Source: an uncultured Clostridia bacterium (GTDB taxonomy: Bacteria > Bacillota > Clostridia > Christensenellales > UBA1242). Taken from it: a DNA stretch of 64,000 nt. Position numbers and translations under genes: made by a program. Positions within the stretch are counted from its first letter, which is position 1; each line of letters begins with the position of its first letter. Shown here piece by piece: positions 40,097-50,539 of the stretch. Under the pieces are notes generated by a model. That model did not search any database. It worked only from the letters and a program-made list of their open reading frames with translations, and was not told the origin of the DNA. The stretch is from the NCBI GenBank assembly GCA_944377485.1, contig CALWFB010000005.1, forward strand, positions 12,236 to 76,235. Reading direction: 5' to 3'.

Positions 40097-41011
40097 TTAC
40101 TTTACTCTATTGTTTGATTTACAAATGTTTTTTATTCTACTCTTTGCACATTCTATTACCGCACTAATGCCAACATTTCCATAATCTCTTGGATTATATT
40201 TATCTGGATTGATTGTCATATATTCTCGCACTGCCGAAGTGTATGCCAATCTAAAATCAGTATCCATATTGATTTTCGAAATGTGAGTTTTATATGCATT
40301 TTTCAATAAATTTACGTTTCCAATAGCCTTGTCTATCTTTCCACCAAATTTATTGATTTTATCTATATATTGAGATTCAATTAATGAAGCACCATGCAAT
40401 ACAATAGGAATATTTGGTATTTCTTTTTCAATCTTTTTTAATATATCATACCTTATCTTTGGCTCACCAATATATTTATTGACACCGTGATTTGTACCAA
40501 TTGACACTGCTAAACTGTCTACTCCCGTCAGACTAACAAATTTTTTTGCTTCATCTGGTGATGTAAATCGTTGTCCGTCCGATAACAATCCATCATCATT
40601 TGCTATGGACAGCACTCCCAACTCACCTTCCACTGAAACATTTCTAGAATGAGCGAACGTCACCACTTTCTTTGTCAATTTTACATTCTCACTAAATGGT
40701 AAAGTCGAACCATCTATCATAACACTATCAAAACCAAGTTTGATTGCCCGTTTCACCACTTCAATAGATTTCCCATGGTCTAAATGTATTGAAATAGGAT
40801 GTTTAATTTTCCTTATTGCTTGTATCATTCCAACAAGCAATTCATCTGTAAAATAATTCATTGCCGATTCACTAATCTGCAAAATTATAGGTGATTTCAT
40901 CTCTTTTGCAGCAACCAACAAACCTCGCAATATTTCAAAATTGGCAATATTAAATGCTGGCACAATATAATTATTTTTCATTGCATCTTTTAGCATCTTA
41001 ACTTGTTTCAT
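40097..41011 (-). CDS. fba: class II fructose-bisphosphate aldolase
   Basis: YIVPAFNIANFE, ILQISE, HLDHG and VLHGAS motifs. The start at Met17 is preceded by SD ggagaaat. Confidence 0.88.
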   Translation of the reverse strand: MKQVKMLKDAMKNNYIVPAFNIANFEILRGLLVAAKEMKSPIILQISESAMNYFTDELLVGMIQAIRKIKHPISIHLDHGKSIEVVKRAIKLGFDSVMIDGSTLPFSENVKLTKKVVTFAHSRNVSVEGELGVLSIANDDGLLSDGQRFTSPDEAKKFVSLTGVDSLAVSIGTNHGVNKYIGEPKIRYDILKKIEKEIPNIPIVLHGASLIESQYIDKINKFGGKIDKAIGNVNLLKNAYKTHISKINMDTDFRLAYTSAVREYMTINPDKYNPRDYGNVGISAVIECAKSRIKNICKSNNRVK

Positions 41012-41142
41012 ATTTCTCCTTATATTCTTTATTTTATCACAATTTGACATTTTAAACAAAGATTTTACAAATTTTAATTTAAATTGACATGAAAAGTTTT
41101 TGTTTTTTTATGAAATTGTGTATACTATTAGAAAGGACATTT

Positions 41143-41877
41143 ATGAAAATAGTTTTTGTTGTAGATTCTATCACTGACATTAAAAACAAAATCAATCTAA
41201 TTCAAACATATTTTGGTGACAACATTGTATATGTTGTCAAATCTCATTTCTTATCTATATTTGAAACTTTTGGTTATAAAGCCAACGCCGTTTATAATAA
41301 AAATCTTTCAGAAATCATTCATATTCTTTTATTAAAATCTAATATTGAACCTATTTTATTATGTTATTCAAGTTTAAATTTTGATGCTAATCTTTTAACA
41401 CGTTTTAGAGCAAAAATTGGTAATGGAGATAGGATTGTCAATATAATGCCTGATTACAATTCATTTGAACGTATATGTAATAATGCTTATAATATATATG
41501 TAAAAGCTATATTTAAGGCAAAAGATAGTTTAATTAGTCCAAAACTACAATATCTCCCAGTACCATTTGTTGTAGAATTATTAAACAGTCATTTCGGCAA
41601 TAAACTATTTGAAACCAATCCTGAAAACTCATCTACATTGTATATTGAAAATAGTGAATTAAACAATTCCACTAAAATTAAAACAAAATTCAACAAATTT
41701 GCATTAATTCCAATTATCATTGCATTGTTAATTACCATGTTTTTATTAATATCATTAGCATTTATAAAAGTAAATTATATTTTTGTTTTGATATTTGTTT
41801 CTTTGTATATATTAGATATAGTATTCGCAATTATCTATCAATGTAAGCTGTATTTTGATGCGAGATTTTTAAATTAA
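41143..41877 (+). CDS. hypothetical protein with C-terminal TM helices
   Basis: ORF beginning MKIVFVVDS, preceded by SD aaagga. Two C-terminal hydrophobic helices. No family recognised. Confidence 0.5.
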   Translation: MKIVFVVDSITDIKNKINLIQTYFGDNIVYVVKSHFLSIFETFGYKANAVYNKNLSEIIHILLLKSNIEPILLCYSSLNFDANLLTRFRAKIGNGDRIVNIMPDYNSFERICNNAYNIYVKAIFKAKDSLISPKLQYLPVPFVVELLNSHFGNKLFETNPENSSTLYIENSELNNSTKIKTKFNKFALIPIIIALLITMFLLISLAFIKVNYIFVLIFVSLYILDIVFAIIYQCKLYFDARFLN

Positions 41878-41884
41878 TATAATT

Positions 41885-43090
41885 TTATATTTGATGAGAA
41901 ATTTGTTCATTAAATGCAAGTCCAAATTTGACTTCTAATTTTTTTGTATCAATTGATGCTATTATATCCTCTGGCGAAATATAATATTTGATACCTAATG
42001 GACCCGTCATACTATAATCAATTTTTAAGTTTTTCACTTTTTGAGGATTCGCTTGTCTTATTTTTGCACCATTTTTTATAAAAATCATTGCTTCACCACG
42101 AACTCCTTCGAACCCCGTTCTAAACAACAAAAGTGCATCTAATAGTTTATCTTTATCATCAAAATCGTAGAACCTATACATATTATATGATGTGTTATCT
42201 AGATTGTTTTGCACCATGTACAAACCATCTGTTAAAATTGATTCGATTGCTTCCGATATGCAACCATGATATCTATCATTTTCTTCAAGAGATTGTATCA
42301 CCTTTTTACAATCAGAAATAAAAGTTTTATTTCTTTTAAATTTTAATAAGCTAACATCTCTTTTTAATTTTTTTATTTTTTCTTTTATAGAAGCGATTTT
42401 TTTCCTTTGAGATTGTAGCCATTTCAAATGATGAATAAAATCTAACAAATCAATTATTTTTTCTTTTGAAGTTATGTTTTTACAACTATCGCCATCAAAC
42501 ATTTTCATGATATCTAATGTATTATCTATTACAAATTGTCCATATGGTCCATAATAGTCACCAAAATCGCCATAATTAAAACTTAGCGCATCAATAATAT
42601 CTTCTTCTTTGAGGGTTTTTAACTTTATTAAAACTTGTTTAGGATTAATTATGAATTGATTATAATTTTCTACACTATCAAAAATTGAATTTAAAGGATT
42701 TTCATATTCATCTGGAAACTGCTCATAAATTTCTCTTTCTCTTTTTAATTCTGATTCTAGATAATAATTAAATTTTTTATTGAATCTTTCATCATCTATT
42801 TTATATTTTTCTTTAAATGCAACTAAAATTGCACAAAAAATTTTGTCCATGAACCCTATATAATAATCTAAGCTATTATTCACATCTTCAATTTCTCTAA
42901 ATTTATCTGAAATTTTTTCAAACAGAATAGATATTTGAAGTAAATTATCAGAACTAAAAACATTCTTATTTTTTTCGAAAGATTCTTTTAATCTTGTGAA
43001 TATTTTATCTTTATCATTCTCTGTATCTGAAATATACTTTCTTAATATGGGCCAAATAATATCAATAACAGATTCATAACTTAAATTCAT
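41885..43090 (-). CDS. hypothetical 401-aa protein
   Basis: Long ORF with host-like composition and no motif recognised. Confidence 0.55.
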   Translation of the reverse strand: MNLSYESVIDIIWPILRKYISDTENDKDKIFTRLKESFEKNKNVFSSDNLLQISILFEKISDKFREIEDVNNSLDYYIGFMDKIFCAILVAFKEKYKIDDERFNKKFNYYLESELKREREIYEQFPDEYENPLNSIFDSVENYNQFIINPKQVLIKLKTLKEEDIIDALSFNYGDFGDYYGPYGQFVIDNTLDIMKMFDGDSCKNITSKEKIIDLLDFIHHLKWLQSQRKKIASIKEKIKKLKRDVSLLKFKRNKTFISDCKKVIQSLEENDRYHGCISEAIESILTDGLYMVQNNLDNTSYNMYRFYDFDDKDKLLDALLLFRTGFEGVRGEAMIFIKNGAKIRQANPQKVKNLKIDYSMTGPLGIKYYISPEDIIASIDTKKLEVKFGLAFNEQISHQI

Positions 43091-43144
43091 AAAATCTCCT
43101 ATTATTTATTAAAAATAAAAAGCGATATAAAATCGCTTTTTTAA

Positions 43145-43420
43145 CTAAATTTTTGCTTCTACTGTTGCCACTTTGCGACCACGGCCATCACGTTTAAAAC
43201 GTACTATTCCGTCAATTAGTGCAAATAATGTATAATCTTTTCCACATCCAACGTTTGTTGAAGGATATATTTTTGTTCCTCTCTGACGCACGATGATAGC
43301 TCCTGCATGAACAAATTGTCCATCACCAGCTTTCACACCAAGACGTTTTGATTCACTATCACGACCATTATTAGTACTACCGCCACCTTTTTTATGGGCA
43401 AATAACTGAATATTAATCAT
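43145..43420 (-). CDS. rpmA: 50S ribosomal protein L27 (with N-terminal propeptide)
   Basis: [30 protein letters not shown]. The short extension before AHKKGGG is typical of Firmicutes L27 processed by Prp. Confidence 0.95.
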   Translation of the reverse strand: MINIQLFAHKKGGGSTNNGRDSESKRLGVKAGDGQFVHAGAIIVRQRGTKIYPSTNVGCGKDYTLFALIDGIVRFKRDGRGRKVATVEAKI

Positions 43421-43751
43421 ACTGTTTCTCCTTTATTCTAATATATTTGCTATAACTATCTGCGACATCTCTTATGCCTAATACTGCTGATTTTACTAAA
43501 ATTTGTGCTTTTTCATAATCTTCTTTGCTTATATCATTTGGAATGCTTACAGTCAAGAATGGAATACTTTCATCAATTCTATAAACTGGTGTGATTTTCA
43601 ATATCTTTTGAAGACTATTAATCAAATTTTGAGTTAGGACTGAAATTGCACTACATACAATGTCCGAACCAGCTTTTGCATAACCAGAATGCCCTTTTGT
43701 TTCAATAGTTATAATATCTTGATTTCTCTTTATGATTGTAATGTTAATCAT
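43413..43751 (-). CDS. prp: ribosomal-processing cysteine protease Prp
   Basis: GHSGYA...[10 protein letters not shown] His/Cys dyad. Located between rplU and rpmA. Confidence 0.9.
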   Translation of the reverse strand: MINITIIKRNQDIITIETKGHSGYAKAGSDIVCSAISVLTQNLINSLQKILKITPVYRIDESIPFLTVSIPNDISKEDYEKAQILVKSAVLGIRDVADSYSKYIRIKEKQYD

Positions 43752-43752
43752 A

Positions 43753-44058
43753 TTAACCTATACTTTCGATTGTAATCTTGGTGTATGGTTGTCTATGTCC
43801 TTGTTTTTTACGTTCGTTTTTCTTAGGTTTATATTTGAACACAGTTATTTTTTTGTCACGAACATGTTCAAGAACTTTAACTTTGACAACAACATCTTTT
43901 ATCACAGGATTACCGGCTTTCACTTTGTCATTATCAACAGTCAACATTACTGGGAAAGTTAATTCTTCACCAACTTCCGCATTCAATCTGTCAACAGTGA
44001 TTGTTTGACCCGCTTCAACCTTATATTGTTTACCTGAAATATTTGCGATTGCGTACAT
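43753..44058 (-). CDS. rplU: 50S ribosomal protein L21
   Basis: MYAIANISGKQYKVEAGQTI... and a C-terminal KKQGHRQPYTKI. Confidence 0.95.
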   Translation of the reverse strand: MYAIANISGKQYKVEAGQTITVDRLNAEVGEELTFPVMLTVDNDKVKAGNPVIKDVVVKVKVLEHVRDKKITVFKYKPKKNERKKQGHRQPYTKITIESIG

Positions 44059-44166
44059 ACTAGTTCCCTCCTATAAAGACTCACTTTTAAGGTATTCTAT
44101 AAGAATTTTGACCTTTTCAATGTGGTACTACTTGTCTATTATAACAAGAGGTTTATTTTTTGTCAA
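44059..44166 (-). promoter_or_regulatory. rplU promoter and structured 5' leader (possible L21 leader)
   Basis: On the gene strand: TTGACA (44166-61), a 17-nt spacer, TATAAT (44143-38). The leader of about 70 nt contains a nested hairpin, aaggt-caaa-attct-tat-agaat-acctt. An L21 leader is known upstream of rplU in low-GC Gram-positives, but identity here is not verified. Confidence 0.5.
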
Positions 44167-44259
44167 CCGCTTTCTTTTATTTTTATTAGAAAAACATTAT
44201 CAATATTGGTTTAATTAAAATATTATTTTTAATGAATTTTATTTAAAAATGTGCAATTT

Positions 44260-45051
44260 TTATAAATCCTTTAACTTCGTTGTAAGAGGATTTGAAATAG
44301 CCTTTTCTATAATGAAATCTTCATCTATATATTTTTGTTCCTTTGTATTACAATAAAAGATTGTATAATGATTTCTTTTAATTATTTTAATTAAATCATA
44401 CAAATTTTTATTTTCATCAACTTTTAGAATTATCACCTTTTCTATTGATTTTTTTGACATATGCTTAAAAATCGATAAAGTTGGTTTATTGTTTGGACGT
44501 GAAGACAAAAAGAAGATTAGCATTATTAAATAAAACCAATTTATTATATGAAATACACTTATAATAAACAATATTAAAAATATAGTTGCAAAACTATAAC
44601 GAATTATAGCGTCAAAGATTCTATATTTTTTGTCAGTCTTAATGAATCCACGAAAGATTTTACCTCCATCAAGAGGATAAATTGGTAGCAAGTTAAAAAT
44701 TGCTAGGAATAAATTCGCATAACAAAATACATTCAAATAATTATATAAAGCAGGTACTAACCAATATAATGCCATACATAAAAGGCAAATAAACAAATTT
44801 AATAATGGACCAGCAATGTTTATAGCAAAACTATCCTTGTCCGATATGTCATCGTTTAAATTTAGTGACATACCAAAAATATCAAATTTAAATTGTTTCA
44901 AAGTATAACCACGTTTGCTAGCAACAAATAAATGTGCCATTTCATGCAAAAATAGTGCCAGCAAATAGTTGAACATTATCAAAATCTTATTGAAAAATAG
45001 ACATAAAAATATTAAAAATATTACACTTGGTCCTATTTTTATCTTTTTCAT
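44260..45051 (-). CDS. M50 site-2 metalloprotease, SpoIVFB-like
   Basis: HEMAHL (HExxH) in a TM helix and NLLPIYPLDGG, with a C-terminal soluble domain. Located next to rplU, as spoIVFB is in Bacillus. Confidence 0.8.
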   Translation of the reverse strand: MKKIKIGPSVIFLIFLCLFFNKILIMFNYLLALFLHEMAHLFVASKRGYTLKQFKFDIFGMSLNLNDDISDKDSFAINIAGPLLNLFICLLCMALYWLVPALYNYLNVFCYANLFLAIFNLLPIYPLDGGKIFRGFIKTDKKYRIFDAIIRYSFATIFLILFIISVFHIINWFYLIMLIFFLSSRPNNKPTLSIFKHMSKKSIEKVIILKVDENKNLYDLIKIIKRNHYTIFYCNTKEQKYIDEDFIIEKAISNPLTTKLKDL

Positions 45052-45079
45052 AAATATTTATATGCTATACAATTTTTGA

Positions 45080-45316
45080 TTATTCCGGAAGAGTTTTTGC
45101 TAATTTCATTCTATCTCCTAAACAATTTATCGATATTTCATATGAATTTGCACATGGTTGTATATCAAGGTGAATATCTTCAAAATTGACTTCAAAATAA
45201 TTGCTAATCATATAAAAAAAATCTGATTTTATAACGTCTATCAAATATTTAGGGTTTGTTTCTTTATCTTTTTGAATAATTGTGTCTAATCGTTTTTTTA
45301 AGTCCATATTAAACAC
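45080..45316 (-). CDS. minE: cell division topological specificity factor MinE (divergent)
   Basis: 78 aa overlapping the minD stop by 8 nt. KKRLDTIIQKD and PKYLIDVIKSDFFYMISNYFEVNFEDIHLDI parallel MinE segments of clostridia. Confidence 0.7.
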   Translation of the reverse strand: MFNMDLKKRLDTIIQKDKETNPKYLIDVIKSDFFYMISNYFEVNFEDIHLDIQPCANSYEISINCLGDRMKLAKTLPE

Positions 45317-46100
45317 TCCTTTTTAGCAATCGTTTGATTGAGCCAAGTAATCCACGATATTTATATGTGCAGTCAAACAATTTCTTTTTACCTGTCAGAA
45401 TATTTTCACATAAAATATCAAATGCACGATTTAATGCAATTTTATTATTCTTTATTTTGTCGCTTGTATTAGTAATTACATTGTCATCTTCTGGTATTAC
45501 TCCTCCAAATTCAATATTCAAAGTCTTTCCAATGTCATGAACGTCAAACATCAACTTGTCCTGAATCAAATCTCCACGTGCACGATTGATAACAAATCGC
45601 TTATTGGTAATGTTAAAAGTCGACAAGATTGTAATTACTTTATCCGCATCTCGAATGCTAGATAAATGTGGAGTCGTCACTACCAACGCTTCATCTGCAC
45701 AACTGATTGCTCGCTTAAATCCTGCATCAATCCCTGCTGGACAGTCAATTAAAATAAAATCAAACATGGTATGTAATTCATTTACAACCGCTTTTATCTC
45801 AGATAATTGAATGGTCAAATTTCTATTTAACCCTCCACTGGATAAAAGATACAAAAGTGGATAATAGTCATCTTGAATTAAAGCTTCTTTTAATCTACAT
45901 TTTTTCTCTATGACATCAAGCATGGTATAGACAACTCTATCTTCCATATTCATAACAACATCAAGATTATTTAAACCTATATCCATATCTACTAAACAAA
46001 CTCGATAATTTCTACTTGCTAGGTGCATACCTAAATTTGCAGTCACTGTAGTTTTACCCACACCGCCTTTTCCAGAAGTCATAACAATAGCTCTTCCCAT
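45309..46100 (-). CDS. minD: septum site-determining ATPase MinD
   Basis: Deviant Walker A SGKGGVGKTT and a ParA/MinD fold. Confidence 0.93.
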   Translation of the reverse strand: MGRAIVMTSGKGGVGKTTVTANLGMHLASRNYRVCLVDMDIGLNNLDVVMNMEDRVVYTMLDVIEKKCRLKEALIQDDYYPLLYLLSSGGLNRNLTIQLSEIKAVVNELHTMFDFILIDCPAGIDAGFKRAISCADEALVVTTPHLSSIRDADKVITILSTFNITNKRFVINRARGDLIQDKLMFDVHDIGKTLNIEFGGVIPEDDNVITNTSDKIKNNKIALNRAFDILCENILTGKKKLFDCTYKYRGLLGSIKRLLKRSV

Positions 46101-46199
46101 ACTTTCCTCCTAAACTAAATTTAACAAAAAACAATAAAAAAACGAAGGTAAAATACGCTTAAATTTTATCTTCGTCATTATTAGTCTTTATATAACAAT

Positions 46200-47195
46200 T
46201 TATATGTTAATTTTCAAAAATTCTTTATTAGAATTTAACAATTTACCTGCGCCTAAAATCACACTATCCATAGGTTCATCTGGGACAATTATAGGAAGGT
46301 CAATTTTTTTCTTGGCATATTCATATAAACCAGAAATAGAACTAGCTCCACCAACAAATACTACTCCATTGTTGTAAACGTCAGCAGAAACTTCTTTTGG
46401 AAGTCTGTGTAAAACATCATCAATTAGTTTAAAAATCTCATCATATACATTAACTATTGCCAAACGAACCTCATTTGCACTTATCTCTTGACGTACAAAT
46501 TTGTTATTTTCGTCAATACCTATATATTCTGTTTTATATAAATCTCGATTGTATAATGAAGCCACTTCATTTTTGACTGCTTCACTTGTCAAATCAGAAA
46601 CTTCAAGACCATGATTATCCGCAATAAATGTAGTGATACTCTTGTCCATATCTTGACCACCAATAAAATACATTCTTCCAAAGTCAAAATTAAATTCATT
46701 TAAAACTGAAATATCTGTAATATATTTACCAATATCCACCACCATTATATGGCTGTGTGGGTCTAAATCAAGATTTGCACGTACGCACACACTATTTTGA
46801 ACAAAAGTCAATTTATTGACACCTGATTCGTGCAGCACTCTTTTTAATGTTATTAATTGTCGTTCATTAAGTGCACATGGGACCGCCACAAGAGCAGTTA
46901 AGTTTGTTAGTAAAAATTTGTCCTGAATAATATTTTTAAGTATTTCACTGATTAATACGACCGCCATCTTTTCATTCACAATTTCGCTATTTTTTATCGG
47001 TTGATAAACTGTCACATTGCTTGATTTGGATAAAAATAATTTCTCTGCCTGTTTGCCTATTGCTTTTATCTTAAATTTTTTTCCATTTTCAATCACCGCC
47101 AAAAAAGCAGGTTCTTTGGCTATTATACCTATCCCTTTTCTATATATAATTATTTCATTACTTCCAAATTTGATAGCTAAATCGATATTAAACAT
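46200..47195 (-). CDS. MreB-like actin homolog with degenerate phosphate-binding motifs
   Basis: Co-linear with MreB (MVVDIGKYITDISVL versus DIGGGTTE; GVVFVGGASSISGL versus TGGGALL; DEPMDSVILGAGK). Confidence 0.75.
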   Translation of the reverse strand: MFNIDLAIKFGSNEIIIYRKGIGIIAKEPAFLAVIENGKKFKIKAIGKQAEKLFLSKSSNVTVYQPIKNSEIVNEKMAVVLISEILKNIIQDKFLLTNLTALVAVPCALNERQLITLKRVLHESGVNKLTFVQNSVCVRANLDLDPHSHIMVVDIGKYITDISVLNEFNFDFGRMYFIGGQDMDKSITTFIADNHGLEVSDLTSEAVKNEVASLYNRDLYKTEYIGIDENNKFVRQEISANEVRLAIVNVYDEIFKLIDDVLHRLPKEVSADVYNNGVVFVGGASSISGLYEYAKKKIDLPIIVPDEPMDSVILGAGKLLNSNKEFLKINI

Positions 47196-47213
47196 ACTTC
47201 CCCCTAAATAATA

Positions 47214-48719
47214 TTATAATATCTGCAAATTTTTTCCGTACACCTTTTTGAAATCTGGTGCTACGGACATTGCTTGACTAATTTCAAGTGTCGCATCACG
47301 TTCCACTTCTGTTTTTAAAATCACAGTATCTCCGAGTACATCACAGGCAATATCTTTTACAGAATTCGAATTAGTAATATTTAGCATAGTTGCCATTTTT
47401 ATGATTACTGCCAATTTCTTTACCGCATCAAAATCTTCATCTGTCACTAAATCTTTGTATCTAACCCAATCTGACAAGCTGAAATCATCAATATTTTGAC
47501 TGCTCGCAACAAACGCTGCCAACACGATATCTTTATGAGATGCACCATATATGCTACTATTTAAAATAACAGGGAAATTGTTTCTTTGATAGTTTTCAAA
47601 TGCTATGCGTTTACCAGACATGCACATGCTTGCAGCAATTCGAAGTACTTTCACATAAGGTCTAGTCAATTTGTGCAAAACTTTTAATTGTTTATATAAT
47701 ATAACCGCTATTGAATAGTTGCTATCAATATTGATATTTGTAGGATAGAATTCATTAATCGAACTTAATGAATAACCTAAAATGTCAAGTAATGGTTTTT
47801 CTCCTGTCTGTCCTAACAAGTTTTTAGCAACAATACCATACATCTCACCATTTGTTGAAACTTTAATACAATCACGTACAAATTCATTATATATAGCTTT
47901 CACAATCGCAAGTCCAATAGCTATAACGTCTGCACGTTTTTCAGAAATACCTTTTAATTTTTTTGCTTTGTCTAAATCTAGTCCTCTGATTAAATTATAT
48001 ACGTTTTGGAAACTTGTGTTTGTCACCTCGTAATTATGAGCTAATTCCAAAGGATAATGAGTCGCTTTTCTGCTTAATTTGCCAAGAGAATTAAACACTT
48101 CGCCAACACCAATAATTTCTGAATCTTCTTCCATATTGTAAAGCCAACTAAGCTTCTTAAATTCTTTTGTCATTAATTCTACAACTATATCCATACGTTC
48201 AGCAGAAGATTTTTCTTTCACTTTTTCAAGTAAATTGACAGTACCAAAAGGTAAACTTGCACTATTTGTGACGACACGTCTATTGAATTTAATCAATTGA
48301 GTGGAATAATCTCCCACCTGAATAATTAAACCACGTGTCATAGCAAATGAATACATTATAGCACTATGCAATGCAGAAATTTGTTCTTCTGGAGTCAATA
48401 CTTTGAAATATAAAGATACTGTCTTATATACCTCATCAAGGAAGGCAATTTGATTCCTAGCATTTGCAATTGTTGGGTCTGTATAGCAAATATGATTTTC
48501 TATCTTTGCACCATCAACAATTTTTCTATAATTTTTCAAAATCGCAATAGTCTCTTGAATACGAGCAGGTTTTATATATCCATCTCTTTCCATATCCTGA
48601 GTCAATTTTACTGGTTCAATAATCTGCTGTTCAATCGTAAAAAATCCGTTTTGTGTATATTTAAAAATTGTCAATTTTACATCATTTACATTTAATTCAA
48701 ACACTGCTAATTTTTCCAT
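47214..48719 (-). CDS. Ppx/GppA-family (ASKHA fold) protein, divergent
   Basis: The N-terminal half parallels Ppx/GppA (IKPARIQETIAILKNYRKI, VGDYSTQLIKF in place of GGGSTE). The glycine-rich motifs are replaced. Confidence 0.55.
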   Translation of the reverse strand: MEKLAVFELNVNDVKLTIFKYTQNGFFTIEQQIIEPVKLTQDMERDGYIKPARIQETIAILKNYRKIVDGAKIENHICYTDPTIANARNQIAFLDEVYKTVSLYFKVLTPEEQISALHSAIMYSFAMTRGLIIQVGDYSTQLIKFNRRVVTNSASLPFGTVNLLEKVKEKSSAERMDIVVELMTKEFKKLSWLYNMEEDSEIIGVGEVFNSLGKLSRKATHYPLELAHNYEVTNTSFQNVYNLIRGLDLDKAKKLKGISEKRADVIAIGLAIVKAIYNEFVRDCIKVSTNGEMYGIVAKNLLGQTGEKPLLDILGYSLSSINEFYPTNINIDSNYSIAVILYKQLKVLHKLTRPYVKVLRIAASMCMSGKRIAFENYQRNNFPVILNSSIYGASHKDIVLAAFVASSQNIDDFSLSDWVRYKDLVTDEDFDAVKKLAVIIKMATMLNITNSNSVKDIACDVLGDTVILKTEVERDATLEISQAMSVAPDFKKVYGKNLQIL

Positions 48720-48986
48720 ATTTAAATTATTTTCTCCTTCAAAGCTACCTTACTTTTAGCACTAATTTAAGTTATAGTCAATACCTTTTTTAAAAAAAAT
48801 TATGAAAATTTTTATATTTTTTTATTATCAAATTTTAATTAAATAAATAAAGATTTTTAGCAACAATATATTAAAAAACTACTTTTTTATTAAAAATCTG
48901 TTGTTTTCTAAAAAAAATTTATTTTTTTATATTTTTATAGTTTTTTAATTAAATTTGTATTAATTTTTATATAAATTTTTATTTTT

Positions 48987-49685
48987 TTAATTTATTAATT
49001 TATCAATATCATTTTCGAAAAATGAAAATGCAGAATTTTTATAATCAGGGGCTACTTTAAATTTCATATTTTCTTTCGTCACTGGGTGGACAAATTTTAA
49101 TTCGTATGCCCATAATGCAAGATTGCCAACATGCTCTTTGTCTCCATATTTAAAATCTGCATAAATAGGAAGATTTAATTGTTTAGCCATTTGCACTCGT
49201 ATCTGATGACTACGCCCAGTAATTAAATCAATATCCATTAAACTCAATTTATTTTTTGTTGCTATTAATCTATAATCTAAAATAGCCTCTTTGCTTCCCT
49301 GTTCAGTTTGTGGAGCAATATATACTAGGTTATTCTTTTCGTCTTTTTTTAGATAAGTTGTCAATCTGTTTTCTATAATTTTAGGTCTACCACAAACTAC
49401 ACATATATATTTTTTCTTCATCGCCTTTGCTTTTAATTCTGCGCTCAATCTACTTGCTGCCTTACTGGTTTTAGCAAATACCATTACGCCACCTGTGGGT
49501 CTATCCAATCTATGCACAAGACCTAAAAACACATTGCCCAACTTGTTATCTCTAACTTTAATAAAATCTTTAATGATTGTCAGCATATCCGGGTCATTAC
49601 TTGAATCTGCCTGAACTGCAATATTGTGTGGTTTTATGACCACAATTATATGGTTATCTTCGTAAACGATTTTTGGTTCAATCAT
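48987..49685 (-). CDS. RluA-family pseudouridine synthase
   Basis: Catalytic HRLDRPTGGVMVFAKT motif and SHQIRVQ. No S4 domain. Confidence 0.88.
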   Translation of the reverse strand: MIEPKIVYEDNHIIVVIKPHNIAVQADSSNDPDMLTIIKDFIKVRDNKLGNVFLGLVHRLDRPTGGVMVFAKTSKAASRLSAELKAKAMKKKYICVVCGRPKIIENRLTTYLKKDEKNNLVYIAPQTEQGSKEAILDYRLIATKNKLSLMDIDLITGRSHQIRVQMAKQLNLPIYADFKYGDKEHVGNLALWAYELKFVHPVTKENMKFKVAPDYKNSAFSFFENDIDKLIN

Positions 49686-50539
49686 CTTTTCTCCTTAAAA
49701 ATTTTTATAGCACTACAACCGCAAGGTAAAATAATACCCTCTTCTTGCGTTGGTAATCCTACCTCATAACACTCAGTTTCTCCTCCTGAAATTGTTGAAT
49801 TTAGAATGTTTGACATTACTGTTGGTTGCAAGCCTGTTGTATAACTATTTATTAAAACAAATAGTTTATCATCACTTAACAATTTAGCACACAATTTAAC
49901 AAATTCAAAAATATCATCTTCTATCTTCCATGTCTCACCCTTTGGTCCACGACCAAATGAAGGCGGGTCCATAATAATTGCATCATATTTATTACCCCGT
50001 CTTATTTCTCTTTCCACAAATTTTTTGCAATCATCTTGTATAAACCTTATATTATCAATATTATTAAGTTTGGCATTAATTTTTGCTATATCAATCATAC
50101 TTTTAGCAGCATCTACATGTGTGACACTTGCACCAGCAAGAGCACATTCAACACTAGCACCACCTGTATAAGCAAACAGATTTAATACTTTAACATTCCC
50201 ATTTCTACTGCGGATTAAATCACTCATTATATCCCAGTTTACTGCCTGCTCTGGAAATAGACAAATATGCTTAAAACTCATCGGTTCAATATGAAATTTC
50301 ACTTTTTTTCGTGAAATTACAAAGCTTTTAGGCATACGTTTTGATATCTTCCACTCCCCTGATTTATTTTCAGTTCGGGTATATTTAGCATCAACGTTAT
50401 CTTTGATTTTAAAATCAGTTTTCCATATAACTTGTGGGTCTGGACGCAAAAAAGTATATCCACCTATGCGTTCCAACTTTTCACCATTTGCAGTGGATAA
50501 AACAACATAATCTTTCCAATCAGTAGCAATTTTCATCAA
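49682..50539 (-). CDS. class I SAM-dependent methyltransferase (RlmI/RlmK-like RNA methyltransferase)
   Basis: LNLFAYTGGASV SAM motif and MDPPSFGRG catalytic motif. 4-nt overlaps with both neighbours. Confidence 0.8.
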   Translation of the reverse strand: MMKIATDWKDYVVLSTANGEKLERIGGYTFLRPDPQVIWKTDFKIKDNVDAKYTRTENKSGEWKISKRMPKSFVISRKKVKFHIEPMSFKHICLFPEQAVNWDIMSDLIRSRNGNVKVLNLFAYTGGASVECALAGASVTHVDAAKSMIDIAKINAKLNNIDNIRFIQDDCKKFVEREIRRGNKYDAIIMDPPSFGRGPKGETWKIEDDIFEFVKLCAKLLSDDKLFVLINSYTTGLQPTVMSNILNSTISGGETECYEVGLPTQEEGIILPCGCSAIKIFKEKR

